Positions 9,196 through 18,573 of a stretch of DNA of 64,000 nt are shown here, piece after piece. The stretch's first letter is position 1; each line of letters opens with the position of its first letter. Location: positions 186,001-250,000 of IMG/VR virus record IMGVR_UViG_3300032315_001715; one strand, written 5' to 3'. The notes below the pieces were generated by a model. It worked only from the letters and a program-made list of their open reading frames with translations, was not told the origin of the DNA and did no database searches. The position numbers were made by a program, and so were the translations under genes.

Positions 9196-10064
9196 ATCCC
9201 GTTATTGCGGTGCGATTTGGGCCCAAGGATGGTATCGTTGTTCGATGGCAGCTTAGAAATGCTCCTATAGCCAAGAGATGGCTAGCGTCATTGAAACAGG
9301 CTTTACCATACGGCATAAATGAACGAGATCGCATCTACAACATGCCAATACAACCATGGAATCGAAATACCATATGTGAAGAATTAACTGATTGCATGTC
9401 AAAAATTGAACGATTCTATCCAGATTTCTTTGATGTATGGCCAACACCTACAATGGATCATGAATCCACTAACGTAATGCATCTAGCATTTGAAAAACTA
9501 AGGGGATCCATTGAAGTTCCATCGGAACTCTATATCAATGCCCCGTATGATGTGCAAATGGAAATATGTCGGTACAATGTACTGATACACCGTTGGGAAA
9601 GCTTCGTGGGCAAAGGACCGCCCAGGGTGGTATGCACATTTAATAAGCCGTTTCGAACACCGTTGCTAGATGACGATTATTCATATTTTTCCGTCGGGCA
9701 CACATACGGAGCGCTGACGATCAATTATCCACAAGTTGGGAAACAACTGCTAGACGTATATCGAGATGATGATATGGTCGTCAGTGCCAAAGCCATAAGA
9801 CCCATGGATCATTATGCCGCTGGATTTGTTGCCCGATTTTTTGAAATCAATACCAATGCTACTGATTCAATTCTCGAATCGTTTGACAAATGGTATGACA
9901 CTAACCATACACACATGTTATCCCTTGGATTTGATCGAGATGATCCAAGGCTCGCCATAGGTTACATACAGGTAGCTGATCTAATCGAGGATCGCGATAG
10001 GACCGCGATGCTTTACAGCATTGGAAAGTCCGGTATAATCGGTGATGTTTGGATCGAAGAATGA
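9189..10064 (+). CDS. Hypothetical protein in the sugar cluster
   Basis: 291-aa ORF overlapping both neighbours; no motif recognised. Confidence 0.7.
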   Translation: MVNPVIAVRFGPKDGIVVRWQLRNAPIAKRWLASLKQALPYGINERDRIYNMPIQPWNRNTICEELTDCMSKIERFYPDFFDVWPTPTMDHESTNVMHLAFEKLRGSIEVPSELYINAPYDVQMEICRYNVLIHRWESFVGKGPPRVVCTFNKPFRTPLLDDDYSYFSVGHTYGALTINYPQVGKQLLDVYRDDDMVVSAKAIRPMDHYAAGFVARFFEINTNATDSILESFDKWYDTNHTHMLSLGFDRDDPRLAIGYIQVADLIEDRDRTAMLYSIGKSGIIGDVWIEE

Positions 10065-10768
10065 AAATAGCCCTACAGATCAGTGGTCGATTGCGATATA
10101 CCGCCGAAAGCATCGGATCTATCATGGCTAGCATTGTTGAGACGCACCAACCTGATATATTCTGTTCTTTTTGGAATGCAGAGAATGACGCAACTTTGAA
10201 AAATTGGTCAGACTATCTCAATCCCCTGTTGATCGAAACCGAAGATCAATCGTTGATAAGACCGTATCTAGACGAACTATTTCAATTTAATGTGCATGCT
10301 AACATGCCGAGCATGAGCTATAAGTTCCATCGAGTGTCAGCCATTCGACAGGCATACGAACGAGCAAACGATGTTAGATATGATGTTGTCATACAAGCTC
10401 GTGCCGACAACATATTCTTTGAAAAGCTTTCAGTTGACATGTTGTCAACGGTGTCAGACGCCGGCATCTATTGCGCCAACGGCAGCATCAACAGCACCAT
10501 AGACCCATATGTACGCCCAAGGATGGTTGATAACTTCTATCTTGGAGATCCTGCCAGCATTGATCTAGCTGCTAGCACATTCTGGCATCTAAGGCGACAG
10601 GCCCAGGAATATACCGCTGCCGGTATGTTGCATCATGTCAGGATTCCCGAAATAATACAAAGCAAGATATGGAATGATCTTGGCATCAATATTCGTCCAT
10701 TGCCAGGAAACAATCCATTTGGTAACTTCCATTACGATATAGATCGGCGTGACACGCCATGGAGATGA
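10061..10768 (+). CDS. Glycosyltransferase-like protein (MKIAL..SG..R family)
   Basis: MKIALQISGRLR N-terminus and YDVVIQARAD. ATGA overlap at 10061. Confidence 0.55.
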   Translation: MKIALQISGRLRYTAESIGSIMASIVETHQPDIFCSFWNAENDATLKNWSDYLNPLLIETEDQSLIRPYLDELFQFNVHANMPSMSYKFHRVSAIRQAYERANDVRYDVVIQARADNIFFEKLSVDMLSTVSDAGIYCANGSINSTIDPYVRPRMVDNFYLGDPASIDLAASTFWHLRRQAQEYTAAGMLHHVRIPEIIQSKIWNDLGINIRPLPGNNPFGNFHYDIDRRDTPWR

Positions 10769-10769
10769 T

Positions 10770-11738
10770 ATGAAGCTGCTGTATGTGGTACACCGATATG
10801 CACCGTACCCAGGAGGATCTGAAATCTATGTGCAAAACATGGCGGAAGAAAGCCTGCGCCGAGGTCACGAAGTTGCGGTGTTTGCTGGAGAACACCAAGG
10901 AGATTACAACGGTGTTAGGGTATCCAGTGATACCAACATCTTGCTATATAACTGGGACCTAATCATCGTCCATGGTGGAGACGTCAATGTACAGAATTTC
11001 GTTCTTTCCAATGCTAGGCGCATACCTAGCCCTGTGCTTTATCTTCTTGTTCTACCTAGTAACAGCGATGTTTGTGTTAAGGCTCTGCATGATTGCCAAT
11101 GGATCGGATGCAGCACGCTCGCTGACTGGCAACACTGCCAGCAGCACAACGTCAACCACAAGGCCGTCGAAATAAAGCACGGGATCGATTGGACAACGTC
11201 AATCGGCAGTACCGGGTTTAAGACCAAGCACGGCATTACCAAGCGGATGTTCCTAAGCTGTGGCGGGTACTGGCCAAACAAGGCCATGCGGAGGCTAGCT
11301 GATATATTTGAAGCGGCCGATATGCCTGATTCCGTGCTGGTAACCACCGGTTATGATAATCGGATGGATCTCATGCCCGCATCTCGAGGCAGCGTCATTC
11401 CAATGTTGATTGATGATCGCAACGAGGTACTGTCAGCAATGCATGACGCCGATTGCGTGATCATGCACAGCACCTCTGAAGGATTTGGGCTAGTTCTATT
11501 GGAGTCCATGCTTAATCAAACTCCGTGGATTGCCAGAAGCATAGCCGGAGCTGAATTTTTACACAGCAAAGGACACGGGCTAACATATCATAGTGATGAA
11601 GAATTAATGGCAATGCTCAGAGGGTTCAATCGAGGGCAGTTTGATATCAAGGGGGCATATGAATACGTGACAGCAAATCATTTGATATCAAACACGGTGT
11701 CTGATATAGAATCCGTTGCTAGCCGTAAAAGTTCCTAA
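10770..11738 (+). CDS. GT4 (GT-B fold) glycosyltransferase
   Basis: HRYAPYPGGSE...A..GHEVAV and EGFGLVLLESM (E-x7-E). Confidence 0.85.
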   Translation: MKLLYVVHRYAPYPGGSEIYVQNMAEESLRRGHEVAVFAGEHQGDYNGVRVSSDTNILLYNWDLIIVHGGDVNVQNFVLSNARRIPSPVLYLLVLPSNSDVCVKALHDCQWIGCSTLADWQHCQQHNVNHKAVEIKHGIDWTTSIGSTGFKTKHGITKRMFLSCGGYWPNKAMRRLADIFEAADMPDSVLVTTGYDNRMDLMPASRGSVIPMLIDDRNEVLSAMHDADCVIMHSTSEGFGLVLLESMLNQTPWIARSIAGAEFLHSKGHGLTYHSDEELMAMLRGFNRGQFDIKGAYEYVTANHLISNTVSDIESVASRKSS

Positions 11739-12402
11739 CCCGTTCCCAGACTCCATGCGGGCTGCCGGTTTCTAAATCAACGATCATGTAGCTTATCGTT
11801 ATTCGTTGACCGTCACCTTGAAATACCGTATGTGGCAGGTTGGTTCGAACAAATCCGCCGGGAATATCGGTTGAAACCGTATGCAGCGGATCTGGAATTT
11901 GATCCCAACTTAGTTTATTTCTAGACCATTCACTGATGTATCCGGTTCTCGTACCAATTTGTTTTCCATTTACCATCACCGGTCCGGTTTCCATGACCAC
12001 TTCTGCATCACTGCCCCACCAAGATATCAACCCTGGTGCCCGAGTTAATCCGTAAAAGCTAAATCTTGCTTCCAACATGCAAAGTTCATTTTTGTAGGTT
12101 AGCGCATCGCAGTGCAATCGCTGTATCTTTGCGGAACCGTTGGCAACAAACAGGGAAGCTTCCTTAATACGCAAGCCTGCTGGCGCTAGCATCGCATTAA
12201 CCATACAAGACGTTTTTGAAAAATGTTTCGTAACACCCGAGATATAAAACAAGCTGTTGGGTGCTGTCGATGCCTTCTTTAGAGACTCAAGAAGGATATT
12301 GCTACGGAGAAAACCCGTTGCTTCTTCTTGATCCGGTTGCATTTCAGATGGTATGAAGAAATTGTTGTTGGGTTCTGAAACCCTGATATTGTTAATATCC
12401 AT
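11719..12402 (-). CDS. Putative 2OG-Fe(II) oxygenase-like protein
   Basis: LHCD (HxD), a distal PH, and RITISY; late promoter directly upstream. Confidence 0.45.
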   Translation of the reverse strand: MDINNIRVSEPNNNFFIPSEMQPDQEEATGFLRSNILLESLKKASTAPNSLFYISGVTKHFSKTSCMVNAMLAPAGLRIKEASLFVANGSAKIQRLHCDALTYKNELCMLEARFSFYGLTRAPGLISWWGSDAEVVMETGPVMVNGKQIGTRTGYISEWSRNKLSWDQIPDPLHTVSTDIPGGFVRTNLPHTVFQGDGQRITISYMIVDLETGSPHGVWERVRNFYG

Positions 12403-12407
12403 GCAAA

Positions 12408-12416
12408 TATTTATTC
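12408..12416 (-). promoter_or_regulatory. T4-type late promoter
   Basis: GAATAAATA on the minus strand, 5 nt before ATG 12402. Confidence 0.6.
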
Positions 12417-12420
12417 AAGT

Positions 12421-13287
12421 CTAGGACGATGTTCGGCTTTTTAATATCTGATCAACGTAGTCGAATGGTTCCTTGCGTGGAGCGTCTCGTTTTAGATATC
12501 TATTTGCAGCCGGGATCGATCCGGTCCTAGAAAGCATATCACTATGTGTGCCAACGTTTTTGTTTTTTGGATTGAAAATCTTGTCCTCAACAAACGAAAC
12601 AAATTGTTTCGAACCGTTATTTTGTATGAATCGCTTGATCACATTGCTCAATGTGTCAATGCACTGATGATATGCTGCTGAATCAAACGGAGTTGATTGC
12701 GGACCGGTACCAAACAATCGCTGCCAGTCACTTTTAAACATGCCACCGGTACGTTGCACGTTATCCTTGAACAGTCCGGGATTGTCATATTGCGGAAAAT
12801 CAGCCCACAATGACTGTGGAACTATACCTAATGGTTCGCTTACGGTGACGAAATACACCGGATATTTGTTATCATTTATGATCTTGTTGTAGCTCTTGTA
12901 CAATCCTCGTGATGCACCGGCCCAAGGTTTGGTCTTTGCACAGGGAACAAATGCAACCATTGAATATTTGTCTGGAACCTTATACGCCGCTATCTCATCG
13001 TGCCATGCTTTTATAATTGGATTGTTTAAGAGGTGGATGGTTTCACCTGGGGTGTATGCGGTTAGTTCTGTATCTAACGACGGGTTTGATGCCAGGCTAC
13101 GATCTACCAGGAATCGTCGGAATCTTGGCCAGTCTTCGCGTGATATGAATCCCGGTGTTCCCAGTTGCCCAAGTTCAACCGAACTAAGTTTTGAGAATGC
13201 TGCGGTTGATTCTGCTGGAGAAAGTTCGTGCGAAGATTGAGGTTTAACGGACTTGATCGAAGCTTCTAATATTTCTGATATTCTCAT
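12421..13287 (-). CDS. DUF5591/archaeosine synthase (ArcS)-like protein with an MRISEILE N-terminus
   Basis: FVPCAKTKPW and VSEPLGIVP...YDNPG match the LLPCSA.KPY and TSPLGVVP...YD.P pattern. Confidence 0.7.
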   Translation of the reverse strand: MRISEILEASIKSVKPQSSHELSPAESTAAFSKLSSVELGQLGTPGFISREDWPRFRRFLVDRSLASNPSLDTELTAYTPGETIHLLNNPIIKAWHDEIAAYKVPDKYSMVAFVPCAKTKPWAGASRGLYKSYNKIINDNKYPVYFVTVSEPLGIVPQSLWADFPQYDNPGLFKDNVQRTGGMFKSDWQRLFGTGPQSTPFDSAAYHQCIDTLSNVIKRFIQNNGSKQFVSFVEDKIFNPKNKNVGTHSDMLSRTGSIPAANRYLKRDAPRKEPFDYVDQILKSRTSS

Positions 13288-13292
13288 GACGG

Positions 13293-13300
13293 TATTTATA
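13293..13300 (-). promoter_or_regulatory. T4-type late promoter (perfect consensus)
   Basis: TATAAATA on the minus strand, 5 nt before ATG 13287. Confidence 0.75.
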
Positions 13301-13368
13301 AAATCAACAACATACCCCTGCTTGATTTATTGGTATAAATGCTGCACACTTTAATTAGAGGTATGCTT

Positions 13369-14229
13369 ATGAAATTCACATGCATGGAATGCGGCCGAGA
13401 ATTTGACCAGATAACGGGCAAACACGTTAAAACGCACGGATTCAACACCGTAGCAGAATATCTTGAAAAACATCCTGGTGCCCAAACCGTCCAAGAACGC
13501 AAGGACTCCAAGGAAACCATCGAGCGAAAACGGATCGCCCGCCTTGGTAAGAAGCATAGCGACGAGGCCAAGGCACGCATAGGCGCCGGCAACAAGGGCA
13601 AGAAGATGAGTGCGGAAGCCATTGATAAATGGCGAGAGTCCTACAGGGAGTATCTCGACGAGCACGGAAGCCCCATGCTGGGCAAGGATCGCGGTGAGGC
13701 CTTCAAGGCAAAGATGAGTGCCATCGCCAAGGCACGGCCCAAGGAACTGGTCGATGCCAAGGTCGCGCAGATGCTGGCTGCGCGACGTGGCAGCAAGGCC
13801 ACTCCTGAGCAGAGGGAGAGGTATAGTGAAGCTCGATTAAAGTTCATTGCAGAAAATCCTGATAAGATGTTACCAAGATTATTCAATACAAAGCCTGAAC
13901 GAGAATTCAAAACGGTGTTAGATGAGATGAACATCTCATACAAACATAATGTTCGCGTTGGTAACAGATTGTATGATTTCCAAATTGGAACAAATGTTTT
14001 GATAGAGCTAGATGGCCCGTTTCATTACAATTATAAAATGTATGGTGATAAATCAATGCCAGACGAAGATCGCATGGCACTGTTTCTAGAAGCCAAAAAG
14101 AAGGACGAATACAAAACGGAATTAGCTAAATCGAACGGATATGTCTTGTATCGAATTATCGTTGGTGGCAATCTTCCTGATGATTGGAAAGCACAGCTTG
14201 AAAATCAAGGTTGCACTCTATTCAAATAA
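13369..14229 (+). mobile_element. Free-standing homing endonuclease (Zn-finger + NUMOD3-like repeats + DUF559/Vsr-like nuclease)
   Basis: CMECGREF...HVKTHG, KKHSDEAKARIG, TKPEREF, YDFQIG..LIELDGPFH. AGAGG RBS before ATG 13369. Confidence 0.75.
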
Positions 14230-14253
14230 AAACCCGGCATTTCTGCCGGGTTT
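14230..14253. terminator. Bidirectional intrinsic terminator between the endonuclease and gp23
   Basis: AAACCCGGCA-TTTC-TGCCGGGTTT, a perfect 10-bp stem; GAAA loop on the minus strand; T-runs on both sides. Confidence 0.85.
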
Positions 14254-14274
14254 CTATAGGATATTTTGTAGAGA

Positions 14275-14310
14275 TTGTTTTCAATGGGCCGTGTAACCCA
14301 TTGAAAACAA
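14275..14310. repeat. Perfect 14-bp inverted repeat just 3' of gp23
   Basis: TTGTTTTCAATGGG-N8-CCCATTGAAAACAA. Confidence 0.85.
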
Positions 14311-14316
14311 AAGATC

Positions 14317-15519
14317 TCACAAAAATTTCAAATGCGCTGTATTGATGCCGATTCCCGCCAGGTAGTCAGCCGCGTTACCAAGACTGCTTGCGGTGTTCGA
14401 CAGCTCCAGGTAACCATACCTGGACATGAAGCTAACCACCGGCTCGAACGTGTTCGGGTCGATGATAACTCCGGAGCTGGTCAGAGGCACATATGGGCAA
14501 TAGTACGCAGCAGCGTCGATCTCGCCTGCGCCCTTGTAACCAACGAGAACGTTGGTGTTATCAGCTGCATACTGGTCAACATAGACGCGCATGCTGTTGT
14601 TTAGGGTTCCAACGAACTTGGTGTTGGTCGGAGCCTCAAACGTTCCCTCGGTGGTACGAGCGAATGCAGAGGTAGTTGCGCTCTGCAGGATCGTTAGGGC
14701 AGTCGGGGAAACCACGACCCAGTTACCTGCGCCACGACGTGTGCGTGCAGCGATCAGGTTTGCACCACGGTTGATCAGCACTGCAAGAGCAGCGTGCTCG
14801 TCACCAACGTAAGTTGCCGTACCGGAAACCGCACCCTGGTCGTATGTCAGGGTGGTACCAGCCAGGCTACGCAGCGACACAAGGATTTCCTGATCGATTT
14901 CTGCGGTGATTTCCTGTGCCAGCGCTGCCATGATCTCGGCCTCGATGTCAATGCCCTGTTGTGCTTGTGCATCCTGGGCAGCTTCAAAGGTCCAGCGAGC
15001 GCTCAGCTTGCGGGTCTTTGCTTCAACCGTCTCCTTGAGGATCTGGATGTTCAAACGCTTACCAGCCGTACCTTCAAGCACGCTGGTTGCAGCGGCACGT
15101 GGGTTAACGGTGTCGCCGTTGCCGCTGTAGAAGCGAGCAATGTCGAACGGGCTCAGTGCTTCAGCACCGGCCACAACGCCCGGAGCTGGTGCACCAAAGG
15201 TGTCAGCATAACGAACGCGCAGGGTGTGGATCTGACCAACTGGGCCGCTCATTGGCTGCACGCCAATGATCTCGTTGGCGATAACGGTCGGCATAACTCG
15301 ACGGATTACCGGCAGGATCACCTTGTTCAGCGTGGCAACATTGCCTGCGCTGGTTGAGCCCGGGGTGGCGTTCTCAAACAGGATTCCGCTCTTTGCTTGC
15401 AGATCCTTACGTGTGTTCTCGAGGATGATTTCCATGACCTTCTTGCGATTGCCGTTTAGACCCTCGCAAAGGGCGGTCTTGGTAGCCGTCCAATGTGTTT
15501 CGAAGAGATTCTTACTCAT
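14317..15519 (-). CDS. gp23: Major capsid protein (T4 gp23-like)
   Basis: ILPVIRRVMP..IA..IIGVQPM.GP.GQI..LR, KTRKLSARWTFEAAQD, YCPYVPL, FEPVVSFMSRYG. Confidence 0.97.
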   Translation of the reverse strand: MSKNLFETHWTATKTALCEGLNGNRKKVMEIILENTRKDLQAKSGILFENATPGSTSAGNVATLNKVILPVIRRVMPTVIANEIIGVQPMSGPVGQIHTLRVRYADTFGAPAPGVVAGAEALSPFDIARFYSGNGDTVNPRAAATSVLEGTAGKRLNIQILKETVEAKTRKLSARWTFEAAQDAQAQQGIDIEAEIMAALAQEITAEIDQEILVSLRSLAGTTLTYDQGAVSGTATYVGDEHAALAVLINRGANLIAARTRRGAGNWVVVSPTALTILQSATTSAFARTTEGTFEAPTNTKFVGTLNNSMRVYVDQYAADNTNVLVGYKGAGEIDAAAYYCPYVPLTSSGVIIDPNTFEPVVSFMSRYGYLELSNTASSLGNAADYLAGIGINTAHLKFL

Positions 15520-15531
15520 TTCAATAGCTCC

Positions 15532-16743
15532 TTAATTCTTGATACCTGCGAGGTGTAGAATCACGCCAAGGTCATCAGGTGTCTTGGTCTCCTCTATCAC
15601 TGCTTTGGCTAGGGTGTTGTTCCTATCGCCGGTCCTGGCAACAGGGGTAGTTTGATTGCTGGCCTCAGAAAGCTGAGCCTTCTGTGGTGCGCGGGCACCG
15701 TTGACCACCGCCGGAAGATAGCGGGCAAAGGTTTCCTTCAAGTTTTGTGTCTTGACGTCCTTTAGCATATCTTCCATGATGGTCTTTTTATCGCGGGCCA
15801 AAGGTGCTAGCAGCTCATTCATGGTCTGCATCCTTTGTAAGCGATCGTTGGCAGCCCGCACCTTGGCATCAGCGGTCTCCATGAGCTTTGACTTCTCATT
15901 GAGCTTTGCCTGGGCCTCGGCCAGCGCAGCCTTCTGTTCCCGAAGCTGACGGTCCAGCTTCTTGACCTCGCTACCTTCGGAGAGATAGCTAGCCATGTAT
16001 TCGGCTGCTACTGCTTCGAAAATTCGGCGACCAAAGTTGTTCTGTCGAGCAACCTTGATATCATCTCGCCATTGCACTAGCTCGCTCTTGATCACTTCAT
16101 TCAGGGTCTTGTCGACCGCCGAAGTTGCGCGATTGATGAACTTGCTTTGGGTTTCGGCAAGTCTCTTCTTGCCTTCCTGTGCTAGCTTGATTCTCTGCTC
16201 AACCAGTGCCTTTTTATCAGCCTGGAATTCAGCGATTTCTTCGCTCAATTGCTTGAGCACGAAACCTTCTAACTTGTTGACGCGAGCAGATAGCTCGCGG
16301 GCGCTGCTTTCCCTAACGGTACGCAGTTCCTTTGCCATTTCACGACGCTGTGCCTGGAGGGTCTTGCGATCCTCAACGAACTCGGCGATTTCAGTCTTAA
16401 GCTGCTCAGCAATAAATGAATTGAGCTTCTTTGCGTGCTCAACCATCATTGTTGCATATAGCTTCCTAGACTCCATCGTTGCCTTGCTCAGCTTCGCACG
16501 TTGCTTGATCATAGCTGATCGGTCCTCAGCGAACTCGGTCAGCTCCGCGCGAATGGCATCACCCAGCATCTTGTCCATGGCCTCAACAAGCACCGCCTTG
16601 TCATTTGAATAACGGGCAGAATAGTCCTCCTGGAGCTTTTGCTCCATGGCCTTTACCTTGTTGTCAAAGGCCTCCTGAAGGGCAGTCTTGACTTCTTCGC
16701 CAAGCACTTCGGTCTCCAGGAGATCCTTAATTTCCTTTTCCAT
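15532..16743 (-). CDS. gp22: Prohead core scaffold protein (gp22-like)
   Basis: Coiled-coil, E/K-rich; lies between the protease and capsid genes. Confidence 0.85.
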   Translation of the reverse strand: MEKEIKDLLETEVLGEEVKTALQEAFDNKVKAMEQKLQEDYSARYSNDKAVLVEAMDKMLGDAIRAELTEFAEDRSAMIKQRAKLSKATMESRKLYATMMVEHAKKLNSFIAEQLKTEIAEFVEDRKTLQAQRREMAKELRTVRESSARELSARVNKLEGFVLKQLSEEIAEFQADKKALVEQRIKLAQEGKKRLAETQSKFINRATSAVDKTLNEVIKSELVQWRDDIKVARQNNFGRRIFEAVAAEYMASYLSEGSEVKKLDRQLREQKAALAEAQAKLNEKSKLMETADAKVRAANDRLQRMQTMNELLAPLARDKKTIMEDMLKDVKTQNLKETFARYLPAVVNGARAPQKAQLSEASNQTTPVARTGDRNNTLAKAVIEETKTPDDLGVILHLAGIKN

Positions 16744-16756
16744 AGGACGATACTCC

Positions 16757-17404
16757 TTATCTAAGTTTCAACTCGTCCACCCAACCCAAAAGTATCTTTT
16801 TGAGATGCTTTTGTGCTATGGCATCGCGCTTAACGCTCTCAGCCAATTCGTGGACCTTCCAGCCGTGCTTGCGGTTCATGATTGCCTCATACACTGGTGT
16901 GGGATATGCATTTGGCGCAGACGGCTTAGCCACTATGTCGACGGTAAGCATGTCAAATTCAGAAACACGCCCGTTGTCATCAACGTTACCTGATCCACGA
17001 GAGCTTACACCGAGCTTAATCCCGCAATCAATCAACGTCTTAACGATGTTGCCGCACGGTGTTGGAAGTATTTGAAGCTTCCCAAATCCGTTGGCACCAT
17101 CCATCCACATCTGGGTAATTTTGTGGCTAACCCTATCCAGATGTATTTGCAATTCTTGCGGATGATCACATTCACCCAACACGCCATTATCTTGTTTAAT
17201 GGCCTCGTTAATTTGCTCAACGGCCTTTCGGATTTCGCCTACTGGATATACTCGACCGTTGTGATTACGTAGATCACCTTGGATGAAAATGCCCTTCATG
17301 TAGACGTTTTTAATTCCGCCCTGCTCGATGTTATCCTCCAAGATGATCTCAGCCTTTGCTGAGTCATAGTTGAGTGTTTCGATCAGTAAATTTTGATTCC
17401 TCAT
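16757..17404 (-). CDS. gp21: Prohead protease (gp21-like)
   Basis: GIFIQG..RNHNGRVYP, LGECDHP, VSH, GVSSRGSG, TVDIVAKPSAPNA. Confidence 0.95.
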   Translation of the reverse strand: MRNQNLLIETLNYDSAKAEIILEDNIEQGGIKNVYMKGIFIQGDLRNHNGRVYPVGEIRKAVEQINEAIKQDNGVLGECDHPQELQIHLDRVSHKITQMWMDGANGFGKLQILPTPCGNIVKTLIDCGIKLGVSSRGSGNVDDNGRVSEFDMLTVDIVAKPSAPNAYPTPVYEAIMNRKHGWKVHELAESVKRDAIAQKHLKKILLGWVDELKLR

Positions 17405-17471
17405 GAATGCCCTTGAAATCCAAAGATTAATCTCAATTCTATTTAATAGAATTAGTCAAATAGTCGTAAAT

Positions 17472-17512
17472 TAATGGAGATTTTCGCAGTATTTCCACGA
17501 AAATCTCCATTA
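17472..17512. terminator. Perfect 15-bp inverted repeat after the core-protein gene (terminator or processing site)
   Basis: TAATGGAGATTTTCG-N11-CGAAAATCTCCATTA. Confidence 0.7.
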
Positions 17513-17519
17513 TATGGTT

Positions 17520-18449
17520 TTACTTTAGATTTTGACCGCCCTTGCTCAGCGGGCTCATGGTGTTGATTGCACCAAAACCGTCGCTGGTTGCCTTGTTGAT
17601 CAGCGCGGAGCTGTCGCCTTCCTTGCTGACCTTCAACGCACCGTCAGTGCTCTTCTTGCGACGGTTGTCACCAAGACCCTGATCGGCACTCTTTGGTGCT
17701 GCCTTGAGGCTGTAACCATTTTCAGTTGGCCCCTTGCCGGTTTCTACCGGACCTGCTCCCATGCGGCTGGTCTGGCTCTTCGGCACTGGGCTCTTGGCGT
17801 CGTTGCCGGTGGTCATACCACCGGAAGCTGCACCAACATCCTTTGCGGTCTTATTGGCCTTGAGAACATCGCGCTCAATGACCTCAAGGTCCAAGCTTTC
17901 TGCTAGATCATCAAAGTCCTCGTCGAGCTCCCAGGATTCGTCCTGCTCTTCCTCACCGCCTTCCTCTTCACCGGCTTCTTCGCCTTCCTCTGACGCTTGG
18001 AGCTTTTCAAATTCAGCCTTTAGGGCTGATAGGGCTGCTTCAAAATCGTTCATCTTGTCTTCGACCGAATCAAAGGATGCTTCACCCTCGTCGTCGGCCG
18101 GCTCGTCACCAACCGCAACCATTTCAAAATCATCGACGTCGTCGTCTTCCATGGTCATGGTTTCTTCAGCTTCGATCTCGTCGTCCATGACTTCAATCTC
18201 GTTGGTGAGATCCCTGCCCATGTCTCCGCTTCCGCCAACGGTTTCGTCCATTTCTTCATCAACGGACTCATCCATTTCTTCCTCAGCAACCGCTGATTCC
18301 TCTTCTGCATCCTCATCCATTGACATCAGTTCCTCATGGATGGCGCGTGCCTTCTCAATGAAAACCTGATGGAGAAGCTCGCGTGCCTTCTCCTCATCGT
18401 TCTTGATCAAATATTCAAGTACCTTAGTGAGCTTTGTGTTCGTCGTCAT
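17520..18449 (-). CDS. Highly acidic prohead core-like protein (gp67/68-like position)
   Basis: E/D-rich 309-aa ORF upstream of gp21, with an RBS. Confidence 0.65.
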   Translation of the reverse strand: MTTNTKLTKVLEYLIKNDEEKARELLHQVFIEKARAIHEELMSMDEDAEEESAVAEEEMDESVDEEMDETVGGSGDMGRDLTNEIEVMDDEIEAEETMTMEDDDVDDFEMVAVGDEPADDEGEASFDSVEDKMNDFEAALSALKAEFEKLQASEEGEEAGEEEGGEEEQDESWELDEDFDDLAESLDLEVIERDVLKANKTAKDVGAASGGMTTGNDAKSPVPKSQTSRMGAGPVETGKGPTENGYSLKAAPKSADQGLGDNRRKKSTDGALKVSKEGDSSALINKATSDGFGAINTMSPLSKGGQNLK

Positions 18450-18573
18450 GGTTGTACTCCTTTGCCAAATGTGTAGACAGACTCAGATTTATTTAAGCCT
18501 ATCGTAGCTATCGCCGTATATCAGAGGTAAAAACCGGTATATTTTTGGAAAAATACCAAATATATCAGCCCGG

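Noticed and set aside
14281-14319. Read-through of the gp23 TGA stop stimulated by the hairpin
   Set aside because: It would add only 11 residues before another TGA; nothing supports a functional extension.
14332-18369. Many long antisense ORFs over the head genes
   Set aside because: These are shadows of strongly codon-biased genes on the opposite strand, with no motifs or RBSs.
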